Origin: Ferruginibacter sp.
GTDB taxonomy: Bacteria; Bacteroidota; Bacteroidia; Chitinophagales; Chitinophagaceae
Direction of reading: 5' to 3'
DNA length: 64,000 nt
Assembly: GCA_043736415.1 (NCBI GenBank)
Contig: JAYTCO010000280.1
Span: 557 to 64,556, forward strand
This document shows, one piece after another, positions 10,730 through 19,048 of this stretch (the first letter of the stretch is position 1; each line of letters opens with the position of its first letter). Position numbers and translations under genes: made by a program. The notes below the pieces were generated by a model. The model was given only the letters and a program-made list of their open reading frames with translations, was not told where the DNA came from and made no database searches.

Positions 10730-10869
10730 CACAATTCCTGATTGGCAACACAAAAGATTTATACCTATCATTTCATCTTTGCAGTTTAGTACTGTTGACA
10801 ACAGGCAACAAGTTTATATAATTTGTTTAGTTTTTTTAATGCAACTACGATTCTTTCAACCAAATAACA

Positions 10870-13035
10870 ATGATGTACAACCACGAGCGGTTTAAAAAAC
10901 GTTTACTTATTGCAGCACTTTCGCTGCTTTCCATTTCTAAAGCATCTGCGCAGGCCGCTGATAATATCATAAAAACAAACAGTAACTCTTTTGGATTATG
11001 GATTTTTGCAGGGCTTGTTATAATTCCTTTACTCTTTATAATTGGCAAATTATATTTAGATTTTAAACTTCAGTTAAAGAAAAATAATGAGTGGAACAAA
11101 GAAGGTACTACCCTTAAATTTTCTCAATACCTTAAAAATTTTGACAGAGCCCAAATACATACTTTTGTAACACTTAAAAAGAAAAAATGTTGCGGTAAAT
11201 GCAAGGGCGATGCTGGTTGTGGTGTCAGTAAAAAAGTTGTAGGCATAGTTGTGGTTTTGTTGTGTTTTGCAGACAATATTTTTGCGCAGGCAGCAAAAGA
11301 AAACAAAGCTTTAAGCTCACAACCCGGTATCATCATCACTATTGTGTTGATGCTGATTCCTATTTTACTGGCGGTAATATTTGCACTGGCAAAAGCAAAT
11401 AATGCCATAAGGAATTTTGCCAATAACAAAAAGAAAAAGGAAGCAGGTTCATTTGCTGAATATCTTCAAAACGTTGATGATGCTGCATTGCAGCAGGAAT
11501 TTATTAAAAAAGATAACCTTCCCGTTTATAATTTAACCCACAACGAGCTTTCAGGTAATGAAAAAGCCGAAGACAGTAAAGGGCTGTTAAGCAATATAAG
11601 TGATAAGCATGAAACACATTTTACAGCATCTAAAAGAAAAGCGGCAATTCGGCCAACATTAGATGCCGATATTACAAAACTGATTTTGTGGTATTTGGGT
11701 TGTGCAACATTTTGGCTTGTACTGGGTACAGGCATTGGCGAATACCTCGGAATAAAATTTGTAGCGCCCGATACAGATCACGTCAGCTGGTTAAGCTTCG
11801 GTAGGCTAAGACCTGTGCATACCAATATTGTATTTTGGGGTTGGGCGTCTTTAGCAATGATTGGGCTTGGTTATTATGTAGTACCTACCGTAAGCAATGC
11901 AAAAATTTACAGCATCAAATTTGGTTACATAGCCCTTGCTTGTACAAATATTATGGTAGTTGCGGGGTCTATTGCTTTAATGAGTGGCATAAACAATGGG
12001 GGCGGAGAATTTAGAGAATACATCTGGCCCATTATGGCGTTTTTCGCTGTAGCGCTAATTCTAACATTTATTAATTTCTTTTTGACTGTTGCAAAACGAA
12101 CTACAAAAGAAATTTATATTTCCAATTGGTTTATACTTTCAGCTTTGCTGTTTACCATAATTGTTGCTTTAACTGCTTATTTACCTTTTTGGCAAAATGG
12201 TATTGGAGAAACAATTGTACAGGGATATTTTATGCACTCAGGTGTGGGCATGTGGTTTACATTGTATGTTGTAGGGTTATTATATTATTTTATTCCGCAG
12301 CAAATAAACAAACCAATTTATGCTTACAGTTTAGGCATACTTGCCTTTTGGACACAGATTATTTTCTATACAGTTATTGGTACGCATCACTTTGTTTTTA
12401 GCGCTATTCCATGGTGGCTGCAAACAGTTGCCATTATTGGAAGTGCAGGTATGATAATTCCTGTGGTAGCTGCTACAATTAATTTTACGATGACGTTTAA
12501 AGGCCATTGGAATAAAATTATAAACAGCTATACACTGCCCTTCTTTTTTGTAGCAGTCATTTATTATTTTTTGGTTTCGATGCAGGGAACGGTAGAGGCT
12601 TTTAAGTTTACAAATCTGCTTTGGCATTTTACAGATTTTACTGTAGCTCACGCCCACGCCGGCTTTTACGGCATTATAACTTTTGCATTGTGGGGTGGCA
12701 TTTATGCCATTGTGCCAAGGTTAACAGGTAAAGAACCTCCGCAGCATTTAGTAGGTGCACATTTCTGGATAGCATTTATAGGGCTTATTTTTTATGTTGT
12801 ACCACTTTCTATTGGTGCTACGCTTAGGGGATTAATGTGGATGGATGGGAAACCTTTTATAGACAGTGTTGTTGTAATGTTTCAGTATTGGGTGTGGCGG
12901 GCTATAGGCGGTAGCCTGATGTTTATATCGCATGTAATTTTTGCATACAATTTTTATAGAATGGTAACAAAAGAAATTGAACCGTTGGATGTAAAAAACG
13001 AAGCGTTTCAACAACTTGGATTACATCAAAAATAA
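10870..13035 (+). CDS. ccoN: cbb3-type (C-family) heme-copper oxidase subunit I with a ~260-aa N-terminal membrane extension
   Basis: The C-terminal ~460 aa have 12 TM-like segments. The helix-7 motif YTVIGTHHFVFSAIPWWLQ has a Tyr six residues before the HH pair, the C-family cross-link position. The N-terminal extension has an internal duplication. Confidence 0.8.
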   Translation: MMYNHERFKKRLLIAALSLLSISKASAQAADNIIKTNSNSFGLWIFAGLVIIPLLFIIGKLYLDFKLQLKKNNEWNKEGTTLKFSQYLKNFDRAQIHTFVTLKKKKCCGKCKGDAGCGVSKKVVGIVVVLLCFADNIFAQAAKENKALSSQPGIIITIVLMLIPILLAVIFALAKANNAIRNFANNKKKKEAGSFAEYLQNVDDAALQQEFIKKDNLPVYNLTHNELSGNEKAEDSKGLLSNISDKHETHFTASKRKAAIRPTLDADITKLILWYLGCATFWLVLGTGIGEYLGIKFVAPDTDHVSWLSFGRLRPVHTNIVFWGWASLAMIGLGYYVVPTVSNAKIYSIKFGYIALACTNIMVVAGSIALMSGINNGGGEFREYIWPIMAFFAVALILTFINFFLTVAKRTTKEIYISNWFILSALLFTIIVALTAYLPFWQNGIGETIVQGYFMHSGVGMWFTLYVVGLLYYFIPQQINKPIYAYSLGILAFWTQIIFYTVIGTHHFVFSAIPWWLQTVAIIGSAGMIIPVVAATINFTMTFKGHWNKIINSYTLPFFFVAVIYYFLVSMQGTVEAFKFTNLLWHFTDFTVAHAHAGFYGIITFALWGGIYAIVPRLTGKEPPQHLVGAHFWIAFIGLIFYVVPLSIGATLRGLMWMDGKPFIDSVVVMFQYWVWRAIGGSLMFISHVIFAYNFYRMVTKEIEPLDVKNEAFQQLGLHQK

Positions 13036-13077
13036 GCTGTTATAAAACTTATTTAACTTCTAAAAATATTATTACAG

Positions 13078-14085
13078 ATGAATGTTTTTAATGATCATAA
13101 AAAATTATACTCAATTGCAGGTTTGCTGTTTTTAGTGCTTACTTATGTTACAGTAATAATGCCTGCTTTGCAAAATCAAAATAACAATGCACCGCTGCCG
13201 GGCTCAGTGCCTTTGGCAGGTGATGCGCTGGCGGGCAAATCGGTTTATGTGGCGGAAGGCTGTGTAGGCTGCCATTCACAACAGGTAAGGAATATTGAAA
13301 TGGATAAGGTCTTTGGCTCAAGGCCGGGTATGGCTTCAGACTATGCAAATTTAAAACGAATGAATGTATGGCAAAATACATCTACCGTTATGGGTACAGA
13401 AAGAACAGGCCCGGATCTTACAAATATTGCAGAAAGACAATCCAGTAAAGACTGGCATTTGATGCATTTATTTAATCCCCGCTCAGTGGTGGCACAATCC
13501 ATTATGCCTTCTTATGAATGGCTTTTCGAAATAAAAGATTCTGCTGCAAAAAATGATATGGTCGTAAATGTTCCGGCTGCATTTTTAAACGGCAGAAAAG
13601 GCAAGGTTGTTGCAAAAAAAGAAGCGTTACAATTGCTGGCATATTTGCTTACGCTAAAACAAATACCATTGCCCGATGGAACTAAACCAATGGAATTTTT
13701 ATATAAAAAAGAGCAAAAAGAAGTAGCAGGAGGAGAAGTAAAAGCCGGCGTTAATGGACAAACATTATACACAACCAACTGTCAGAGTTGCCACCAGGCA
13801 AATGGTGAAGGGCTTAAAGGCGCTTTTCCTCCTTTAAAAGGAAGCCCGATCGTTAACGGAGATAACCTGGAATTGTATGTAGATATTATTATGAATGGTT
13901 ATGATGCAAGAGCAGAATATGGAGTAATGCCGGCAGTTGGAACAAATATGAATTTTACAGAAAATGATGTAGCAGCACTTATAAATTATGAAAGAACAAG
14001 TTGGGGAAACGCCGGTAAAAAAGTAACGCCTGAAGAAATAAAAAAGATAATGGATTTTGTTAAAATTAAAGCAGCTTCAAAATAA
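13078..14085 (+). CDS. ccoO: Dihaem cytochrome c subunit: CcoO-like domain fused to a second c-type cytochrome domain
   Basis: N-terminal TM segment. The first haem site CVGCHSQQVR with GTERTGPDL and HLFNPR are CcoO/FixO motifs. A second CQSCHQ haem site and MPAVG lie in the C-terminal domain. Confidence 0.75.
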   Translation: MNVFNDHKKLYSIAGLLFLVLTYVTVIMPALQNQNNNAPLPGSVPLAGDALAGKSVYVAEGCVGCHSQQVRNIEMDKVFGSRPGMASDYANLKRMNVWQNTSTVMGTERTGPDLTNIAERQSSKDWHLMHLFNPRSVVAQSIMPSYEWLFEIKDSAAKNDMVVNVPAAFLNGRKGKVVAKKEALQLLAYLLTLKQIPLPDGTKPMEFLYKKEQKEVAGGEVKAGVNGQTLYTTNCQSCHQANGEGLKGAFPPLKGSPIVNGDNLELYVDIIMNGYDARAEYGVMPAVGTNMNFTENDVAALINYERTSWGNAGKKVTPEEIKKIMDFVKIKAASK

Positions 14086-14092
14086 TTACAAT

Positions 14093-14157
14093 GTCAGGGT
14101 GAGCTTGTCGAACCCGTTGCTAAAAACAAAAAACGCCTTCGACAGGCTCAGGCTGAC
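14093..14157. repeat. REP-like imperfect inverted repeat (gtcagggtgagcttgtcgaa ... ttcgacaggctcaggctgac)
   Basis: 20-nt arms pair at 17/20 around a 25-nt spacer, directly after the ccoO stop. The sequence type (TCGACAGGCTCAG..GAC) resembles intergenic palindromic elements common in Sphingobacteriia/Chitinophagia genomes. It may also act as a terminator or attenuator. Confidence 0.65.
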
Positions 14158-14194
14158 ACCCAATCCTTTTAAAAAATATTTAAAAACTACAGGA

Positions 14195-14464
14195 ATGAAA
14201 AAAATAATTATGACCTTATTAATTTGTTGCGCAGCATTTTCTATTTATGCATGCCCGGTTTGCGAAAGAGCAAAAGCCAAAACAGCCTTTGGGAGTATAA
14301 GCCATGGGCCCGGACCGGGAACCACATGGGACTATATAGCCGTGTGGGTAAGCATTGCAGCAGTTTTACTTACACTGATTTTTACCATAAAATTTTTGGT
14401 TAAGCCAAATGAAAAAAACAGTGATCATATAAAAAACAGCATATTAAATTTTGAACAGTCATGA
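14195..14464 (+). CDS. Small membrane protein with CPVC motif (uncharacterised, oxidase-cluster associated)
   Basis: ATG at 14195 (MKKIIMTLLICCAAFSIYACPVCERAK) with a signal/TM segment and a second TM. The listed ORF start 14057 runs through the REP hairpin and is rejected. Confidence 0.5.
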   Translation: MKKIIMTLLICCAAFSIYACPVCERAKAKTAFGSISHGPGPGTTWDYIAVWVSIAAVLLTLIFTIKFLVKPNEKNSDHIKNSILNFEQS

Positions 14465-14868
14465 GTACGCAAAGCAGGGTTTTAATTTTTATTGATGATG
14501 AAAAAAAGCCTTACGGCGAATATTTAGCGCCAATTAATTTTGAACTTGATACCCGAAAATTAGTTGATGGCGATCATATTTTAAAAGTGGTCAGCAAAGA
14601 CCCTCTTGGCAAAGAGGGTATTAGAAAAATTCCGTTCGTAGTTCGTAACGGGCCATCGGTGGCTGTTGAAGGATTAAACGAAAATGATATTGTGGATGGT
14701 GTAATACCAATAATGATTAATGCTTACGGCAAGGGCGACCAAAAGATATTTTTGATTGAAGGAAGTGAAACGCCACGATCGATACCTGCATGGGTTTGGG
14801 CAATCGTAATTGGTTTTGTAGGCTGGGCAATTTATTATGCCGTCATTTCAATGAACACCAGTTTGTAA
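14461..14868 (+). CDS. Uncharacterised protein with C-terminal CcoP/FixP-N-like membrane anchor
   Basis: A 4-nt overlap with the previous gene suggests coupling. The C-terminal PRSIPAWVWAIVIGFVGWAIYYAV resembles the conserved N-terminal anchor segment of CcoP (..LP.WW....Y.T...A..Y). Confidence 0.5.
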   Translation: MSTQSRVLIFIDDEKKPYGEYLAPINFELDTRKLVDGDHILKVVSKDPLGKEGIRKIPFVVRNGPSVAVEGLNENDIVDGVIPIMINAYGKGDQKIFLIEGSETPRSIPAWVWAIVIGFVGWAIYYAVISMNTSL

Positions 14869-14884
14869 TTATAAAATAAAAATT

Positions 14885-15262
14885 ATGAAAGACAGTACAG
14901 CACATTTACATTTAATATGTGAAGAGTTCAAAAGAACATTACAGTTTTACAAATCTGAAATACCATTTTTTAAAAAAAGACAGGAAGAAATTTCAATAAA
15001 AAATACAGGAGAAGAAATTCGCAAACAGGTAGAACATTTTGAAAATATATTTATTACTATGAATGAAAACCTTGATGTGTTGATGCATGATGTAAACATT
15101 AAACAGGATGCTATATTGAAGGATGCAAAAGAAAAGCCTGATTTTATAAATTTAAAGGTAAATGAAACTGCAGATGATTTAAAAGCATTAATAGATTTTA
15201 CAACTAAAGAATTTGCCGAAACAAAAGAGCATTTTTATCGTTTTCTATCTGAACATTTATAA
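14885..15262 (+). CDS. Helical hypothetical protein (paralog-like to 15731..16120)
   Basis: 125 aa, predicted all-helical. It shares size, heptad-like pattern and C-terminal ending (F..FLSEHL vs FNKYLSENI) with the ORF at 15731. Confidence 0.45.
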   Translation: MKDSTAHLHLICEEFKRTLQFYKSEIPFFKKRQEEISIKNTGEEIRKQVEHFENIFITMNENLDVLMHDVNIKQDAILKDAKEKPDFINLKVNETADDLKALIDFTTKEFAETKEHFYRFLSEHL

Positions 15263-15271
15263 AGATATTTT

Positions 15272-15568
15272 ATGATTATAAAAGAAATTTTATCAGAGTT
15301 AGAAACAAAGGATCATCCTGTTGCAAAAGCATTATATAAAAAAGAAGGCTTTAAAGTTTTAGTGCTTGCATTTAAAAAAGAGATGATTTTAAAAGAACAT
15401 AAGGCACATGAACCAACCAAATTAGTTGTGTTAGATGGAAGGGTATTCTACAAAAGTGAAGCAGAGGAAATAATATTAGATAAATACGACGAATTTGACA
15501 TTCCGGTTAATGATTTACATGCTGTACATGCTTTAGAAGATTCCCTTTGTATGCTGCTGCAAGGGTAA
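15272..15568 (+). CDS. Small cupin-fold-like protein (uncharacterised)
   Basis: 98 aa with the pattern FKVLVLAFKKEMILKEHKAHEPTKLVVLDG.V.Y........L...D...IP....H.V.ALEDS, typical of minimal cupins. It starts 10 nt after the previous gene. Confidence 0.45.
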   Translation: MIIKEILSELETKDHPVAKALYKKEGFKVLVLAFKKEMILKEHKAHEPTKLVVLDGRVFYKSEAEEIILDKYDEFDIPVNDLHAVHALEDSLCMLLQG

Positions 15569-15642
15569 TAAAATTTATATTTGGTTTTTTATAAAAGGCT
15601 TACCTAAGAAAAGATTGATAGCTTTTTGCTAAAGATTTTTGT

Positions 15643-15654
15643 TGATTACAATCA
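15643..15654. promoter_or_regulatory. FNR/FixK-like box tTGATtacaATCAc
   Basis: Perfect TGAT-N4-ATCA. Its centre lies about 82 bp upstream of ATG 15731. Confidence 0.45.
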
Positions 15655-15730
15655 CCCACACTGCTAATATTAATCGTTGTTTAAAGTATTTCATAAAAAT
15701 AACTTTAAACATTACTATCAATTGTTTAAA

Positions 15731-16120
15731 ATGCAAATTGAGAAAATGACTGAGTTAAAATTAATGCAATTGCGGCACGAAATAAATACATGGAAACGCA
15801 TGCTTGGTTTTATGCAGGAAGAAAACGTGCATTTAAAAAACAGGTTATCTGATGTTCTTAAAGACAGGTTTAATAAAAACCTTTTGGATGAAGTAGAGTT
15901 TTTTCAAACCAACTTTATTAAAGAAGACGAAGTAATTGGATTATTAAAAAGTGAAGTGGCAGCAATAGAAAATATTATAAAATGGGACCTGATAACCCAT
16001 GAAAACAATTTACTGATCAAGAAGGGAATAGAAAATGTTAGAAATAATATTGATGCTGCTGAAAGAGATTTTACAAAAATAAGTATTGACTTTAATAAAT
16101 ATTTGTCTGAAAATATTTAG
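15731..16120 (+). CDS. Helical hypothetical protein (paralog-like to 14885..15262)
   Basis: Start set at ATG 15731 (MQIEKMTELK) rather than TTG 15677, because the FNR-like box falls inside the longer version. Confidence 0.45.
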   Translation: MQIEKMTELKLMQLRHEINTWKRMLGFMQEENVHLKNRLSDVLKDRFNKNLLDEVEFFQTNFIKEDEVIGLLKSEVAAIENIIKWDLITHENNLLIKKGIENVRNNIDAAERDFTKISIDFNKYLSENI

Positions 16121-16271
16121 CATGATAGCATAATATATTTAAATTGTTTAATTGCTGTTCATTTAGTTTTCTATCAATAATATTTATGTGCAATAGGGTA
16201 AGGTAGTTGTAAAGATTATTTTGAAGAAGCAGATTTTAAAAAATTCTATTATAAAATTTAAATAACCAATT

Positions 16272-16463
16272 ATGAAAAAGAATATGGGTAAAACAGACAG
16301 AACTTTAAGAGTAGTTTTAAGCATTATCATTGCAGTCATAGGCTATTACTACAAATCGTGGTGGGGGTTGCTTGCATTTATACCGCTTGCTACTTCTTAC
16401 ATAGGCTTTTGTCCATTATACAAAATAATCGGGATTAACAGTTGTAACAAAAATGAGTGCTAA
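16272..16463 (+). CDS. DUF2892 (YgaP-like) small membrane protein
   Basis: 63 aa. DRTLRVVLSIIIAVIGYY...LLAFIPLATSYIGFCPLYKIIGINSC is the typical DUF2892 two-TM pattern. Confidence 0.65.
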   Translation: MKKNMGKTDRTLRVVLSIIIAVIGYYYKSWWGLLAFIPLATSYIGFCPLYKIIGINSCNKNEC

Positions 16464-16464
16464 A

Positions 16465-17523
16465 TTAATTGAGTAAATGTGATAATTTTTCTTCGTTGAG
16501 AATGATGATATTCCCTTCCTTAATATCAACTAATTTTTCTGTTCTAAAATCGCTGAGCGTTCGTATTAGGGATTCGGTCGCAGTACCTGCAATGCTAGCG
16601 AGGCACTCTCGGCTTATTGCAATTTCAAAATTATCAACATTTTCCTTCCTGTATTTTTTTTGTAAAAGCATTAAAGCTTCTGCAACTTTTTTGCGGAGCG
16701 AATTATAGGCAAGTCCCAGCAACTGATCTTCTTTTTCAGAAATATTTTTTGCAAGCAATTGAATAAATTTCCTTGCTACCTGCACATTGTTGTTTAATAA
16801 TTCATCAAAATCTTCTTTAGGAATAATGGCAAGCGAAGTCTCTTCCATGGTCTCAGTTGTATCTCTGTAAACAGTTTCTTCCAGCATGGCAATATATCCA
16901 AAAAAATCGCCCTGGCTGTACAATTCGGTTACCAGTTCTTTACCGTCATTATTGGTTTTAAAGGCTTTTACTTTTCCGCTTACCACATAATATAATTTGT
17001 TGGGATGGTTTCCTTCAGCATAAATTATTTGTTTCTTTTTATATTTATTTATGTTTCTGTCTTCGGCCAAAGTGCTAAGCTCATTTTTACCAAACGATGC
17101 CTGCATCAGCGTATTAAGCCCTTCTATTGAAGGGTTAAGCTGTTGCCGCAGCAATTCATTTTTTTTTAATCGGCTGTTAACTGCATTTAATAATTCCGTA
17201 CCGTCAAATGGTTTTGTAATATAATCATCTGCACCAGATTCCATACCTTTTCTAAAATCGTTGCGCTCTGTTTTTGCAGTAAGAAAAATAAAGGGTGTAT
17301 TTTTTATTGTTTCATTTTTTTGTACCGCATGTAATACACCGTAACCATCAAGCACAGGCATCATAATATCGCAAATAATCAAATCCGGCATGTGCTGCAA
17401 TGCCATTTCCACACCAATTTTTCCATTGGCAGCAGTTATTACTTTGTAGTTTGACAGCTCTAATATTTCAGCAGTGTTTTCCCGTATGAGGTCATTGTCT
17501 TCAATCAGTAATATCTTTTTCAT
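16465..17523 (-). CDS. Hybrid response regulator: CheY-like receiver + cNMP-binding-like domain + CRP/FNR-type HTH
   Basis: The receiver has KILLIEDN, PDLIICDIMMP (phospho-Asp) and YITKPF. The beta-barrel has IIYAEGNHPNKLYYVVSGKVK....G.E. The C-terminal HTH ISRECLASIAGTATESLIRTLSDF has the E-x3-R recognition pair. Confidence 0.85.
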   Translation of the reverse strand: MKKILLIEDNDLIRENTAEILELSNYKVITAANGKIGVEMALQHMPDLIICDIMMPVLDGYGVLHAVQKNETIKNTPFIFLTAKTERNDFRKGMESGADDYITKPFDGTELLNAVNSRLKKNELLRQQLNPSIEGLNTLMQASFGKNELSTLAEDRNINKYKKKQIIYAEGNHPNKLYYVVSGKVKAFKTNNDGKELVTELYSQGDFFGYIAMLEETVYRDTTETMEETSLAIIPKEDFDELLNNNVQVARKFIQLLAKNISEKEDQLLGLAYNSLRKKVAEALMLLQKKYRKENVDNFEIAISRECLASIAGTATESLIRTLSDFRTEKLVDIKEGNIIILNEEKLSHLLN

Positions 17524-17528
17524 ACAGT

Positions 17529-18737
17529 TTATTTTGTGCTGAATGTTATTTTAAACTCCGTACCTTTTTCCAGTTCACTCAAGCATTCTACAGTACCATT
17601 CATAAGCTCTGCATATTTTGCTACTATGTGTAACCCCAGGCCTGTTCCCTGTATATTTCCGGCGTTTGCACCTCTAAAAAACCGCTCCATTAAATGTTTC
17701 TGATCATCTTTTGAAATACCCATACCTAAATCTTTTACAGACAGTATTAAATGCGCTGCTGTATGAATTGTATTTATTTCAATTGTACTTCCCTCCGGTG
17801 AAAACTTGCTTGCGTTGGAAATTAAGTTCATAATAATGTGCTTTACCAGCGATGTATCCATTTCAACATTTTCGTCCCCCGTATGAGTGTATTGTATCTG
17901 CTGGTTTTTTTGCAGATTATTTTTAATCTCTTCCATTACCGAAACAATATGTTCGTGAATATTAAATTCAGAAACCCTTACCGGTATTTTACCTTCTTCA
18001 ATTTTGCCAACACTTAAAAAATCATTTAAAATATCCGTAAGCATATTTACTGATGAAACTATTCGTTGCAAATGTTTTTCCCGCTTGGGCTGATGTTCTG
18101 TAGTAGTATATTTTTCAATTAAATAAGAGGAAGATAAAACAGTGCTGAGTGGTGTGCGAAATTCATGGGATGCCATTGATACAAAACGTGATTTTAATTC
18201 ACTCAATTCTTTTTCTTTTTCAAGCGATCTGGAAAGTTCTTCTTTAGATTTTTCAAGCTGGTGCATAGCATCTGTAAGTTCTTTTGTTCTTTGCTCAACA
18301 GTTGCTTCCAGATCATCATTTAATTTTATAATTTCTGCTTCTGCATTTTTTCTGGTAGACGTATCACTTATAAATGCAATTACATTTTTATCGCCATCTT
18401 TTTCATAATTACCTAAGCTCACTTCTACCTGAAATTCCCTACCGTCTTTTTTTACACCGAACAGATCCATACCATTACCCATAGACCGGCTTTTTGGATT
18501 GTGTGTATAATTTTCCCGGTGATCATTGTGTTTGTGGTGGTACCGTTGCGGTATTAATATCTCTATCGGTTTATCAATTATTTCTTCAATTTTATAACAA
18601 AAAAGATTAAGTGCAAATGGGTTTACAGATAGAATTATACCTTTGCTGTTTACTACCACAATACCCATGGAAGCATGGTTAAAAAGTGCTTCATAACGAT
18701 AAGACTGATTAAAATTATTTTGTTCAGTAGCGGGCAT
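17529..18737 (-). CDS. PAS-domain sensor histidine kinase (FixL-like PAS core)
   Basis: The PAS domain has ILIPQRYHHKHNDHRENY...GVKKDGREFQVEVSLG. H-box SHEFRTPL, N-box NLISNASKFSP and G-boxes DLGMGI / GTGLGL are present. It ends 5 nt before the regulator gene. Confidence 0.85.
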   Translation of the reverse strand: MPATEQNNFNQSYRYEALFNHASMGIVVVNSKGIILSVNPFALNLFCYKIEEIIDKPIEILIPQRYHHKHNDHRENYTHNPKSRSMGNGMDLFGVKKDGREFQVEVSLGNYEKDGDKNVIAFISDTSTRKNAEAEIIKLNDDLEATVEQRTKELTDAMHQLEKSKEELSRSLEKEKELSELKSRFVSMASHEFRTPLSTVLSSSYLIEKYTTTEHQPKREKHLQRIVSSVNMLTDILNDFLSVGKIEEGKIPVRVSEFNIHEHIVSVMEEIKNNLQKNQQIQYTHTGDENVEMDTSLVKHIIMNLISNASKFSPEGSTIEINTIHTAAHLILSVKDLGMGISKDDQKHLMERFFRGANAGNIQGTGLGLHIVAKYAELMNGTVECLSELEKGTEFKITFSTK

Positions 18738-18843
18738 GTGTAAATGTAAATGAAGCCAGGGGATAAGCGTGTTTTAATAAACAAGTTAAGTGTTAATGAA
18801 TGTTACGTATTAAAAGATCATTACTTAAAAATTACTGACTATT

Positions 18844-19011
18844 CTATTTTGTGTCTTCAATTTCTATATCAGTTTCACCATGTCTAATGGTCGGAGAATC
18901 ATTTTCTAATTGTCTTTCAAAATTTTTTCTATCTCTATTATTACGGATAATGGTAAACACAATTAATGCAACTACTGCCACACTCACCATAAATATTAAT
19001 AAAATTTTCAT
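18844..19011 (-). CDS. Possible 55-aa single-TM protein
   Basis: My own translation gives MKILLIFMVSVAVVALIVFTIIRNNRDRKNFERQLENDSPTIRHGETDIEIEDTK. It is below the ORF-track cutoff, lies between trxA and the kinase gene, and has no homology support. Confidence 0.3.
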   Translation of the reverse strand: MKILLIFMVSVAVVALIVFTIIRNNRDRKNFERQLENDSPTIRHGETDIEIEDTK

Positions 19012-19048
19012 AGTTTATAATTTGTCTTAAAAGTTTTAGTTATCAAAA

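Noticed and set aside
14057-14194. 5' third of the listed ORF 14057..14464 (MLKLKQLQNNYNVRVSLSNPLLKTKNAFDRLRLTPNPF...).
   Set aside because: This part is the translation of the ccoO 3' end and the REP-like hairpin. A proper ATG with a signal/TM sequence is at 14195.
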